A stretch of 58,687 nt of DNA, the filler included, from Nemertoderma westbladi (lineage: Eukaryota > Animalia > Xenacoelomorpha), in NCBI GenBank assembly GCA_032718475.1. It is 3 parts of 3 records of this genome, joined end to end, with 100 filler letters (N's around TTAATTAATTAA, not from the genome) between each part and the next. Parts side by side here need not be neighbours in the genome. Positions count along the whole stretch, not along the records: positions 35,558 to 58,687 come from JAUCBJ010006745.1; 2 more parts are not named here. One strand, written 5' to 3'. A model generated the notes under the pieces. The model did not search any database. It was not told the DNA's origin and worked only from the letters and a program-made list of their open reading frames with translations. The position numbers were made by a program, and so were the translations under genes. Positions within the stretch are counted from its first letter, which is position 1. Each line of letters starts with the position of its first letter. Positions 35,558-47,644 of this stretch are shown here, in pieces.

Positions 35558-38500
35558 AGTTCTAGAATCAAAATATGTCCATTTAATTATCAAATAATAA
35601 AATTTCAGGGAATAAATTTAAATTCATGTCTTTTAATGAATTTAATAAATTGCCATTTTACGCGATTTATAACATTCCCAAAATTCCATAAATTAATAGA
35701 TCAAGGGAGCGGAGATTTATATTATTATGCGTATGCGTGTACGAAAGTCTCCCAAACATAGTTAATAGCCGATAAAATTCGTAAAGTCATGTATAAACAG
35801 GACATTGACTATTAAAGAATTACTATTAAATAACATCCCAGATCTGTATGCATTGGAATCACCCTAATTCTACCGCTAGCTTTGCATAATGTCACCATAG
35901 CAACAACCACGCTAGAATTAGAATTGAGTTAAACGAACAATAGAAAGCTTGTCCCATTAAATAGCATAGGGAATAAATAGCACACTACTAGTATCCAAGG
36001 ATACATAATAATACAGTGACATTCTGGAAGGCATTGACTAACGGACAAATGGCCCGAATGTGTGTAATTTGTGACAAGTTGTGTGTATGGTATTTGTGAG
36101 TTTATAGGTGAATGTTACTGCTAAGGTGTGTTTACAGTAGCCAGTTGCAATCGTAAAGTAACCTAACTCTCCAAGGAATACCTGAAGTACATCTAAGCCT
36201 TTGGGACGGACAGTCGAGTGACTTGTGCCGGTTGTCGTTGTCGTTGTGCGGCTACGTCGTTGGCGAAAGTACGGCGGCGACGACACATCGGCGCTGAGGA
36301 TCTCGTACTGTCCGGGGGTTGATTGGGGTAGGCAGCGACGCCCGCTCGCCTAAATATAAACTCATTATAATATGGATAAACTCATATATAGCAGATATGA
36401 CGGAGTTGATAGAAGATGGTCTTGGTATCGGGGAGCGATATACTCTACTTTACAAGCGTTTGTTGATAGCTTAATACGCGGCGACGTTAGTCCAACTGCT
36501 GCGGAGGACGATGGTCGTTATATCGAACCGACAATGTCCCAAGTGCAGCTCGCGCGAGTTGGACTATAGAAAATTCGCTGCTCGATATACGCAGCGTAAT
36601 GGTACGTATATGGTCTTCTTAACTACTGGTCATCCTATCGATTTACACAATACGGACTATGTCGACTATATATCCTGCCCAGCGGAGTCGGAACCATAAA
36701 CGGAAATTCGAATGCGAAAATTCTATTCGAAATCGACTCGAAAGAAAAGACACTTAAGAAACAAATGGACGCGGTAACTCCAACGTATATTTGGAATTCT
36801 TGATAGAAGCATTGTAACAACAAATAAATATCACCCGCGTTTACCCTACCAGACGTGCGTCTTTGGTATTATTACGATAAATGCCCTAGACCCAACTAAT
36901 AAACGGAAAGACATAAACATCCACGTAAACCGAAACTTGTTGACGTATCACCTATGCTCACTCGGCTCGAACGATCCTGGAGTAAACCTACGATCAGAGT
37001 CCCGGAATACTCGGTCAAACCTCCTCATTCCTTAGTTGGACCTCAGACCTGCGATCTTGGTGGTGTCGCGGATCCTCGCGGACTGTATTCACTGTTCAAA
37101 GATCTAGTGCTACCCTAACAATTAATCGGTAACACTCCGACAGTGATTTCTAGCTAGCCGCCCATCTTACCTAGCCGGATTGTGACGCGGACACCTAATA
37201 TCACTATCCAACCGTATGGTCGTCCACGTTTAACGCGATACAACCCCTCATCAAGGTGAAGGAGAGCGTTGTACGAAACGAGTTAAACGCTAATTTATAA
37301 AGATCGAAAAGGAAACCTGCGTTTGTTCAGATAAACGTAAGTTATAACAGTGAGTCCAATCGATAAACGAATTGGCCTTATCTCAATTCGATTGGGAAAT
37401 CCAGAATCTCTAAGAAGTTATCGAACTTGGACGATCCTATTCTCTGCGAGAGTTTTTGGATGAACGTATCCAGCTACGAGCGGAGGAAAATCAGCTCGAG
37501 GAGAAGCATATCGAAACGGCAGATACCTCGACCACAATCCTACACCTTCTGATGCAATCATATTGCACCCTTCACCCAGGAGTTATGGCCCTCCTAGTAA
37601 AGTGGCTCCCCCCAAAGAGAAAAAGACTCTTGCTAGCCTCAAAAAACTGCGTAAACGCCGTCTGCGCAAGAAAGACTAACTGTTTAGAGTATCTTTATGT
37701 TTTAGAAACTGTGATTTTTATATTTTATAGACTGAAAATCCCATTTTCTGGGAGCGGTGTAAAAGCCTTTGCTGAATTGCCCCGTTATTTTTATTATCTT
37801 TTACATTAAAATACTCTGTAGTTGATTTAATAAGTGTAAGAGACCGTATTATTGCTGTATCGGTGTTTTTAGAGGATCTAAGACCTATTTCCTCCGTATG
37901 TGTACTGTGAAAGGCATATTTTATGATTCTATGGCAATTCGTGACGCAAAGGGGTGATAGCTACTCTTGAACAGTAGTTACTATGACTACGGTTAACAGC
38001 TGACATTCATACGTGTTGATTTCCTTTGTTCTACGGCGTCTCTCAGTTCAGTCAGCCAATTAGAGCGTTTTTGTGGCTCCTTGTACAGAAAATTTCCGAG
38101 AAATGACGCAATGCCTATGTGCAGTGTTTACATTCAGTCTTGAGCCAAAGAAAGAACGGCTTGGAAGTATTTTGTGCTGTACTGCTTTTAGTCGTACACT
38201 AGTAGGTTTAATTATAAAGGGCATATATCCTTTAACGGACCCTTGAATATCTCACTGTAAATATCTCACTGCTGACATACCAGTGCTGATGTACCGATCT
38301 ACCTAACTGTTCAGTTGTTGTGTTTACTGCTATTTACTGTCAGTTCTTCATAATATGGTTGATGAATTATTATATTTGGAATAACGATAAATAACCCCGC
38401 AACCCAATATTCTTGATATACCGAAGGTAAGAGAGAAAGGTTACCAATAACGATTGTGACTTATGTTAAAGTGGTTTGAAGTGAATCTAATGTTATTTGA

Positions 38501-39425
38501 TAGACCCTACATGAGTCAGCCTGTGTTCCTTTTATATGTGACTAAAATCAGTGAAGATTGGCAGATTAGTGTGCAGTATTGTGCAGCATTGTGTATGAGT
38601 GAGTCTGTTAAAGAAGCAATTCCTAAAGAATGCGCCATATATGTGAATTATAATTAAGCCATATCGTTGTGAGTAGTTTAAGTCATAACTCTGTTTATAT
38701 AGATAAAGCGCCACGTCCTAAAGGAACTGTTAATATTACCGAAGGTGAATAATATTGTCAGAGATTATATAATACTGTCAGTCGAATAATACATTAGGCT
38801 TACATAGCAATAAAAATTAAACCGTCGAACCCAATCTCCCGGGAATATCCAGCGGGTGAATGGTCGCGCACGGATTGGTTTCGACTAGTGTAGTGAATCA
38901 AATACTTGTCATAGACTAAAAAACAGATTTAATATCTAGAAGACATCTTAATTTGGTAGGTTAAACTGCCAAAGGTCTGAAAGCGCGAACAGTAACTAAG
39001 TATCAGTGATAATCTGGACAATTGTATCAGATGATTTTTTTGTATATTGTCATACCTCTGACTTACTAAATAATTAATATATGGCGATATTTCAGACCAT
39101 TAATATAAACAAAGCTCTTATTATTAATTACATCACGATTGAGAGTTGTCACAAATTGAATACTGTGGTAATATCAATATAATTAGACCAAAGATTTGTC
39201 ACAATACGTTTCCCCTAAAGGGAAACACAATCACCAGACTTGAGTCCTTACAGAATTAATTAGTCAGTCAATTACTTGTTATACTTTGTTGTCACACCCT
39301 CCCGGTATCGTATCTCAGTTAAATACAATAGATAATCAAATACCGTATTGAACTAAGTGAAATATAGAGCAAATCAATGCATCGAAGGGAAAAAGGGTAA
39401 ATAAACAGATACAGTGAGCGGCGCT

Positions 39426-40373
39426 TGTTGACAGGTACACTAGCGCAATCCCGTTCATTGTATCAGACCGGACATTTTGTCTTCATTTTTGCATGGTTTA
39501 TCAAGTAACAGAAAAAGAGTCAAAATATATTATCAAATGCGCTAACAGTAATAACCAACTCTCAGTGAGTGTTTTTCGAGTGTTTTTCCTCGAGTGTTTT
39601 TGATTTGCTTATTTGTTCTATTAATATACTTATTTCTACTGTTTCGATAGGCCATCGTAATTAGTAGGAATTGAGTGCATAGATATTTACTGATTTATAT
39701 TGTAAACCTGGCCCGTTTATTGTATTTTTCGGTGAGTATTCTGCAAGTATTTGATAAACTTATTTACTGGTGTATAACCGGAGAGTGTAAAGGAGTACTT
39801 TATATACCCTTATTTATAATTGGTGTATTTGTTGTTTTTTGCTTTCACGTATTGGTGAGTTTTGAACATTAACTGATAGCGCCCTATGTTTCGTTGGACC
39901 TTGTATGGCGTAGACATTCGTTTTCTACTGTAAGTCGGGTACAATAGGTAAATTCCCGCTGCAGTAATTCTAGATTGGTCGGGTCAGATAATAGACGGAA
40001 TCTCATATTTACCGTACAACATCTTACTGCAGGTCTGCCTACTGTGAATTACCGGTATCTGATTGCTCGGCTTCATAGTGTATTGAGTAAATGTGTAGTT
40101 GTTCTGTAGGCCTCATTTTACCCCCTATTTCACTCCTATTTCCATTATTGGAACACATAAAGTTTTTATCTCCTTGTGGGAGGAAATATAACTTTTCGAT
40201 GAAAATTTCCGACGAATTACCTTTCATACTTGGTTTTACGGAATTAAGGCGCAGATTATTATCGTCCTTGTTGACAGGTACAATAGCGCAACTCCCGTTC
40301 ATTGTATCAGACCGGACATTTTGCCTTCATTTTTGCATGGTTTATCAAGTAACAGAAAAGAGTCAAAATATAT
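39426..40373 (+). repeat. ~105-bp dispersed direct repeat (copies at ~39426-39531 and ~40268-40373)
   Basis: TTGTTGACAGGTACA.TAGCGCAA..CCCGTTCATTGTATCAGACCGGACATTTTG.CTTCATTTTTGCATGGTTTATCAAGTAACAGAAAA occurs twice. Confidence 0.85.
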
Positions 40374-40881
40374 GAAAATTGAGAGTGAAAGAACATATTT
40401 ATAAAATGCGCTAACACAAACAGTTTGTGTTTAATTATCACAGTCGGACTGTAAATTAATAACAGTTCACGTCTGATGTTAAAATCAAAACTAATTAATA
40501 TAAGTTAATATTGGCAAAAAAGTCGACAGAACAAAAAATATAAGGTTAACTAATTAGAATGAGTATTATAACTAGCATTCGCACACAAGCAAAGGACTCA
40601 TGACAACCAGCTTTCTACTATTTGTTTATGTTTCTATTTATTGATTATTGATGATATTGATATTATTTCTTTACTGATAAAACTCAAACCAATCGAATAT
40701 CTATTTCTGGAATTTACTATAAGATTAAAATGGTTCGATTACAATTTGTTTGCCCATTGTTATGTACAACTGAATTTTCCGGGAAAAAATATCCGGACTA
40801 GATTGTCCTGTGCCGAATTGTCCAACATCCATCATCACATCAAAGTGTTATTAATGGCTATGAGTTGTGTTACAGTTGCAC

Positions 40882-43800
40882 TTAGTCTACCTTTTTAGCA
40901 TTGACAGCTTTCAAACCGGATGTGGTGAAGACTAAATTGAATTTTATATCATGACGTCCCTTCGCCAATAATCTCCAGTTTGGTATTTGTCCAAGTTCAA
41001 AATCTCCAATGTGGTTTACAATTAAATTATCATAACCCCGAACTTTAACTGAATTTGTTGTATCGGTGGGTCGTCCTCTAAATTCCCTTCGTCCTTCTGT
41101 TTCATAACGTTGGATTGGGATTATTCCGGCAATTCCTGGTTTTTCTCCAACCATAAATAATTTTTTATTGTTAATAATACTTTTTGGGTGCTTTTTCCCC
41201 CCAAGATTTTCAAAAAAATGTCCAGCCTCTCTGATTTGTTTTTCCTCTCCTCCTTGGATACCTTTTGTGAACAACAGAACTCCATAGAAAAAATTAGACA
41301 GCATCAAATCTTTATAGTTTTCACACCAAGTTTTTGCAACAAAAATAAGTATATCCAACGTATATACGTCAAGAAAGTGATCTGAGGGCTCCTTATGATG
41401 CAACATTATGACAGCTCTGATGAAGTCCTCGAATGTTGACGATAGGACCTTGGCAGGATTCGACGACCACCGACGTTCTGTTTCTTTAATAATCCGTCGC
41501 AGTTCAAAAGATAAAAGTTCAATCCAATTTTTTGGATTTGCCTGGGCTTGATATCTTATGAGGCAACTAACTGGTATGCACATATTGTCCTTAACACATG
41601 TGAAGAAATGTTCCATATCAGTTGAATACAAGCGTGTGGTTTCCAGCCCATGATGCATTTTTAAAATTTCCAGGAACCACTTGTAGCGTTGCTCAATATT
41701 GATGGCTTTTTCACACAAGCGCTCTTCTCTTTCCAGGGTTTGAAATGCATCCATAATTTTACCATATTCATCAACACAGTTTTTCAAGTCCTTCAGCTCC
41801 CCATCTAGAGCATCACAAAAAGTTGATGAATTTTTGTTACAACCGTGTTCATAAAACATATCCAATGTATAAAAAATAGCTTTCAACTCCCCGATAAATG
41901 CACCGGGATGATAAAGCCAGATTTTTGAACGAACTCGATTATCGCGTGACACCGGTTTATGCTGTGCAAATTTGAAAGCCATTCTTGCTTCTTTCCCTAT
42001 TTCTACGACATCGCTCAATGTTTTTCCATGTTGTCTTTCCATATTTGTTAAATGGAGAATTCCACTACAATTTGAGAAGGTTTTCAAATATTTTATTTGG
42101 GCACATAACAAATGCCCATACATTACCAGCAAATCGGCACTTGATCCATTATAACAGTTAATGTTTTCACAAATTTTAAGACCTAACACTTTCTTCATTT
42201 CTTCTATCGACTTTTTATGATCTTTCAGTTCGTACATTAGGAATCTCGCATATACTGATCGAATACCATTGACGTGATCTTTTTTCAGTCTCCTGTGACT
42301 CTGTAACTTTTCAATGAACATGGGTAAAGCTGACGCTGCGGCATTGAAATATATTAAATTTTGTGTAAAGTTTGTATTGTAGTAATTTGGAGAAGTCTTT
42401 TTCTGAACCAGGTCAAGGACAATATCTCCAATGTCGTCACAACTGGAATCTGTTAGATTGCTCAATATAAATTTCAAATCATTTACTAATATATCGATCA
42501 CCTTGGGTTTAAACATTTTAGTATATACATCCATATGGTCTTGACTAGTACGGGTAGGGGTAGAGTGTCTTTTTCTTGTTTTCTCCGAAATTGTATTTTT
42601 TGGTTCATAGAAGATGTCATCATGATATTCCGCACCTGGTACAGAATGTATTAGCACAAAGGGAATAAGGCAATGATCAGCCAGTTTTATACCTGCTCTT
42701 TCATATCCATCACTATTTTCATCAGTGACAAACAAGTCACTAATGAAGCATATATTATGTCTGAGATCTAGAAATGTTTTTATTTTGGTCTCCATATTTA
42801 AAGTCATTGAAGCAATTGTCAGAGGAAGTTTTCCGGTAGTTGAACAATGTCTCATCAGGCAGGCCAATCTTAAAATGCGTTGTTCAGTATTACTAGCTTC
42901 TGCAATACACAACTTGATATGATGTTCAATTCTGTCATACTTTCTAGAAAATTTGAGCAGCCCCAGTAAGAAAATATTGTGTGCTGAATTATCGTAAAGT
43001 TTTCTGAATGCTGCTATGTCCACTTTGTCACATGCATCATCCAATTCAGACTTCATATAAACTTTCAATTCATTATGCTTTTCCATATTGGGAATATCTT
43101 CATGAGTATCATCGTGGTCTGATTCAAATTCAGTGATGGCGAATCGATATGGTATTCTCAACACATGTAAAATTACACAGTGTACTTTTCTATCTTCCAA
43201 ATTTTGGTTAAGTGCCCGAACCTCTGACCTGGAAAATTTATCATCAATGCATATCAATAAAGGAAGCTTATCAGAACGGTCATAAATGTCTTTAGCTGCC
43301 TCATAAAACTCATCATTGTCAGAAACAAAAGGTAATATGATTTCCATTGCTGGATGTCTTTCTCTCAACTTGAATAAGGTGACGCGTGCAGCAGTAGTTC
43401 CCCCACCAGATGGGTCATGCTTTACTGTAATGATGTTCGATTTTGGGTTCTGCGGCCAGAAAGGCTTTTGATTCAGCCTATCCTCTGCCATTGTGCGAAG
43501 ATTCTGCATTTCCGATCTATCAACATATAAATGCAGTTTTTCATTGATGTACAAAGTTTCTGGAGTTATTTCATTACCCTTCAAATAATTATTTTGATGA
43601 TTAATCATTTCTTCTTCTACTTTACTGCCCAAGTTATCCCAATATTCCTTTCCAATATTTATATGATACATTGTCATCAAAGATTTGTAGTCATTGAAAG
43701 TATCCGGTGGCATTCTCCATGTCCTATGGCTACGTGAAGGAAAAGTATACTCTTTTAGATCAATGAGATTTGACCTACCAAACCTATCAAACATTATCTC

Positions 43801-45810
43801 ACATAATATGTGTAATTGGACAGAAATAATATTTTGCGGCTTAAGTTCAGCAAAATGTTGATATGTACCATCTGTGTTCATTGCAAATATAAATATATTC
43901 GAGTTATAGATGTTTCTCGATGACTTAGTTTGTAAGTCCTCATTAAAAACAAGATGATTTAAATTGAATAGCAGATTTTGTATATCTTTTGTCCGTTCGT
44001 TATCCATGCCAAATGATAGAACTGTAACCGTCACTTGTCTTCGCCTGTCAAATCTTGCAGCAATTCTATTTAGCAATGGTACAAATTCGTTTATTATAAT
44101 AGATGTTATTTTTTGTCCAACTTCCTTTTCATACATTCGCACACACAATGTGGCTTGTGAAGCACTCACCTTCAACTCTCCTGATTCTTTCATTTGTTCG
44201 ATTTCTGCAGGTTTGATTATGTCCACTGATTTATGATTCAGAATTGTACTCTTAATAAAGTAGAAAATATCCCACATGTTCTTATTCTCTGACGATATGG
44301 AAAAATCTAACACCATATCCCAAGGAACAGTTCCAATGGCACCACCATAATACTTATATTCTTGGGGTTTAACAAAATTATCAAAATGATCAAGAATTAG
44401 AATCTTAAAACTTTCACTATTTTCTATTATTGACTGTTTCCACTCCTCAAGCTTTGAGGATACGCCATTGTCGTTATCATAGTCAGTAATTACAATTGGA
44501 TTATTTGTAGTTTGCATTTCTAGGAAAAATTGCTTCATTTCTTCCACAATGTTGCCTGTTTTTTGTAACGTTTTATAAAGAACATTGATACTACATCCGA
44601 TTGGAAAAAGACAAGAATTGATTGTGCTTGCCATATTTTTGTCGCTAAGAATTTCATAAAACCAATTTCTAACTTCATCGAACTTGCTCTCATTGCATTC
44701 TCTACTTTGCTGAATATGATTAATGGTACTTCGAATATCATCTGAAATCCCCACCAGTACTTGCGTTTGCAATTCTTGGTTATCTACAATCCATCCAACA
44801 ATCCATCGTAATTGCTCGACATTTGTTCCCATACTTCTCATTAAGTCCGTCAGGATTTCGTCACATGCAGTCGGATTCATTTCCTGATTTTTCAATCTGT
44901 CAATGTGAATCTGAAGTTTATTCTTATCTCCAATTGTGAGATCTATCAATAAATCACTCAATATTTTCCATTGTTTTTCGAAGACCCTATTAGTCATTGC
45001 CAGTTTTGGTACATGTCCATAGTATTCATTTCTTATAGAACGGAGATTATTTAAGCAAGCACTGACATTTGGATCATTGTATATCCCTTTCACCTTTAGC
45101 AAATCAAAGAGGTTTAGTATTAGTGTTATATCAAAATTAGATGCATCCGAAGCTGCACCTCTTGGATAGAGTATTTCCATGAATAATTTGGCATCTTTAT
45201 TTGCTGAAATTTCTTTCTTATTATGTGTCAGAAAATGTAAGAATGATTCTGGGTTTTTGAAGTTATCATATAATTTCTTCCTTTTTGCATCAATGTCACA
45301 AACTTTTGCACAATCTTTTTGCAGGCTTTTTGGGCCTAGTTTGATGAGAATTTCTAAGCATTTTATGTCAATAATTTTGGTGATACCACTTTTCATCATA
45401 TTACCAGCTGGAAACACTTTATCTTTCTGATCTTCAAACTTGAGTTTTTCCATAAGTGTTTCACGGTTATCATCTAAGATTTGCATCATTCCGCCGGCAT
45501 ATTGTTTGCATTTTGATTCAAATAGACGTTGTAGTATTGTTGTCCCTTCCGATAAAAGAAGACCAATGTATTTGAGTCCATTTATTTCTTGTGGCGATCG
45601 TGGACATACTGGATTGCTACTCTTTCCTGATGCACTTTCCGCATTACTAGTTGTTTGCATAGGAAGCTTGGAGGTCTTTGAACTATCTAACACAACTTCT
45701 TCACATGTCGAAGTGGATGACAGAGACAAATACCTATTGCTTACTGCCATTGGTACATGTTGCTGATCCTCTTGACGTTGCCTTGGAATATTCTTTGTTT
45801 TTGGCATCAT
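40882..45810 (-). CDS. SAMD9-family-like STAND P-loop NTPase (SIR2-like, NTPase, helical/TPR, OB-like) with an N-terminal DZIP3-type HEPN domain
   Basis: 1642-aa uninterrupted ORF. Lys-less Walker A HDPSGGGTT (aa 798-806) resembles SAMD9 HHPGCGGTT; Walker B PLLICIDD (~850-857); VPWDMVLDF (~495) resembles the SAMD9 SIR2-like region; C-terminal FNLVFTTSGLKA resembles the SAMD9 terminal F.LGF...GP.A strand. The N-terminus has LYP..S.FDITL and RNEYYGH (aa 260-266). Confidence 0.85.
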   Translation of the reverse strand: MMPKTKNIPRQRQEDQQHVPMAVSNRYLSLSSTSTCEEVVLDSSKTSKLPMQTTSNAESASGKSSNPVCPRSPQEINGLKYIGLLLSEGTTILQRLFESKCKQYAGGMMQILDDNRETLMEKLKFEDQKDKVFPAGNMMKSGITKIIDIKCLEILIKLGPKSLQKDCAKVCDIDAKRKKLYDNFKNPESFLHFLTHNKKEISANKDAKLFMEILYPRGAASDASNFDITLILNLFDLLKVKGIYNDPNVSACLNNLRSIRNEYYGHVPKLAMTNRVFEKQWKILSDLLIDLTIGDKNKLQIHIDRLKNQEMNPTACDEILTDLMRSMGTNVEQLRWIVGWIVDNQELQTQVLVGISDDIRSTINHIQQSRECNESKFDEVRNWFYEILSDKNMASTINSCLFPIGCSINVLYKTLQKTGNIVEEMKQFFLEMQTTNNPIVITDYDNDNGVSSKLEEWKQSIIENSESFKILILDHFDNFVKPQEYKYYGGAIGTVPWDMVLDFSISSENKNMWDIFYFIKSTILNHKSVDIIKPAEIEQMKESGELKVSASQATLCVRMYEKEVGQKITSIIINEFVPLLNRIAARFDRRRQVTVTVLSFGMDNERTKDIQNLLFNLNHLVFNEDLQTKSSRNIYNSNIFIFAMNTDGTYQHFAELKPQNIISVQLHILCEIMFDRFGRSNLIDLKEYTFPSRSHRTWRMPPDTFNDYKSLMTMYHINIGKEYWDNLGSKVEEEMINHQNNYLKGNEITPETLYINEKLHLYVDRSEMQNLRTMAEDRLNQKPFWPQNPKSNIITVKHDPSGGGTTAARVTLFKLRERHPAMEIILPFVSDNDEFYEAAKDIYDRSDKLPLLICIDDKFSRSEVRALNQNLEDRKVHCVILHVLRIPYRFAITEFESDHDDTHEDIPNMEKHNELKVYMKSELDDACDKVDIAAFRKLYDNSAHNIFLLGLLKFSRKYDRIEHHIKLCIAEASNTEQRILRLACLMRHCSTTGKLPLTIASMTLNMETKIKTFLDLRHNICFISDLFVTDENSDGYERAGIKLADHCLIPFVLIHSVPGAEYHDDIFYEPKNTISEKTRKRHSTPTRTSQDHMDVYTKMFKPKVIDILVNDLKFILSNLTDSSCDDIGDIVLDLVQKKTSPNYYNTNFTQNLIYFNAAASALPMFIEKLQSHRRLKKDHVNGIRSVYARFLMYELKDHKKSIEEMKKVLGLKICENINCYNGSSADLLVMYGHLLCAQIKYLKTFSNCSGILHLTNMERQHGKTLSDVVEIGKEARMAFKFAQHKPVSRDNRVRSKIWLYHPGAFIGELKAIFYTLDMFYEHGCNKNSSTFCDALDGELKDLKNCVDEYGKIMDAFQTLEREERLCEKAINIEQRYKWFLEILKMHHGLETTRLYSTDMEHFFTCVKDNMCIPVSCLIRYQAQANPKNWIELLSFELRRIIKETERRWSSNPAKVLSSTFEDFIRAVIMLHHKEPSDHFLDVYTLDILIFVAKTWCENYKDLMLSNFFYGVLLFTKGIQGGEEKQIREAGHFFENLGGKKHPKSIINNKKLFMVGEKPGIAGIIPIQRYETEGRREFRGRPTDTTNSVKVRGYDNLIVNHIGDFELGQIPNWRLLAKGRHDIKFNLVFTTSGLKAVNAKKVD

Positions 45811-47159
45811 GTGCAGAAGATAATAGTTAGAAAATTATTCAAAAGTATACTTATATGTTACATTAGTAATATATTATTACTTGTTGCACAGAAACTCAGA
45901 TGTATCATTGCATTGCTTGCATCATATTGCATTGCTTGCTACATAACTACATCAAATTCGGAACAAATTGGAAATTTTCTCATGAGAAAAATCATAAAAT
46001 TAAATTATGTGAATTGCGAAGGGTATACAATAATAGTTATGCATTGTTGAGTTTTAACAGCTATTGCAAATGCTAGAAATATTTTTCCTTTGAAGGGATA
46101 AATACAAGTCTCCTTTGAAGATAATTGTGCTCATTGACAATACCCTTGCTACTCCGCACTTGAATCATACCAACTAAATCAAATATTAAATTTTGACATA
46201 TATCAATCTGAAAAAAAGAGAAAAGGTCATTTTGTTGACTTAAAATGCAGTAAAAAATACCTGCCCCCCCCCCCCCCACCCCCTCTACAACCATGGAAAC
46301 ACTTCGAAAATCTTGGAATGCAATTAAATGTAAAAAAAACAGAAATTCTATTACTCTCACCAATAAAAAGAACATAGCACTTAAACAGTTTGTATTTAAC
46401 AATAAATAACAAGTAAACCAACCAATCAAAGATCATAAAATATCTGAGAATACTAATCGATAACAAACTGAACTTTAAATTTAAAGATCAAATACAGACA
46501 ACAACAAACAAAAAGGCGGGAGCAACATCATCTATAAGACAAATAAAAGGGCAAGTAGGGGAGAACAATGATACCTAACTTAAACTCTCTGAGGGAATAT
46601 CAATCAATCAATCAAATTTTTCTACAAGGCTGTTGTTCTAGAATTGTTCTAGAAGGTCAACCATACTATTTAGTGTTAATCAGAATGAATGGCTGACATT
46701 AATCTGTTTTTTGTCTGGCCATCTCAGCACAAATTATTGAATAGATAGATCTGGTAGGCCTAAAATGAAACTCACTGTCAAAACTGGGCAGTAAAGCTAC
46801 TGTATAAAATATCAAGGAATTTAAGAAGGAATACATGTGTTCAGTGGTGGATAGTTATTATCTTTCAAGAGTTCATTTCAGTTCGCTGCTCGACAACTCG
46901 CTGCCACGTTGTGTGTGAGAAAAGAAAGCGCCGACAAGGGGGTTGATACATCATTTTTCAAACACGGAACAATTATTTAACAATGGTTGCAAAGTTGGAT
47001 CCCTTTAAAAACCTATCTATAATCGCCATGCTGCATTGCAGCATGACTTAACAGCAAATACGGCGGCTTAACAACAAAATTGCGCTGCCCGCACACAATC
47101 CACGATCAGCATGCTACATTGCGAGATTATTCGCATCTTCAAGGTCACAGGCTGGTCCT

Positions 47160-47430
47160 CACATCGAAATCACTGTCCCTGCACAGAGTAGACCTCTCTG
47201 TTTAAGTGTCAAGCTTGTGGGGGGGGGGGGGGGATGGATACCTCCAATACTGTATAGGATCTGAGATGTCTTAGAGATGTATGCAATGTGCATGTACATG
47301 ACATAGCAAACCCGAAGTAGCATCTTGTGAATGATCCATACATAGTTTGAGCAGTTAGAGCCCAGCATGGATTCCCTTATATAAGAACTGGTCCTACGGC
47401 TGCTTTAAATTCTCTTAAGTTTCCGATATA
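47160..47430 (-). mobile_element. Old, degenerate RTE 3' fragment in reverse orientation
   Basis: The reverse complement aligns with the CCATGCTGGGCTCTAACTGCT..CACAAGA.GCTAC..ATTGGAGGT..CAAGCTTGACACT segment of the RTE copies at 17440-17600 and 48250-48410. Confidence 0.7.
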
Positions 47431-47644
47431 TTCCATGTGCCTATGGTTTTCTTGGATTGGAGCCTTTGGTTGTCTAGGTCAGTAAAGTGCTTGGCAGGAT
47501 TTCGTCGAGTTCTGGAGCCAGTATGAGCTTTTACCACCACCAAATCTTCATTATAATGGTCGAAGGACATGCGTAGCAGGTAGTTAACCACAATTATTCT
47601 TGGTTGCCGTAGTCTGTTTGGGCCGGACTCATTTGTTTGGGTCG

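Noticed and set aside
3193-45810. Immune cluster linking the caspase pair to the SAMD9-like gene
   Set aside because: They are 32 kb apart and separated by two artificial linkers, and the SAMD9-like protein has no recognisable death-fold adaptor domain.
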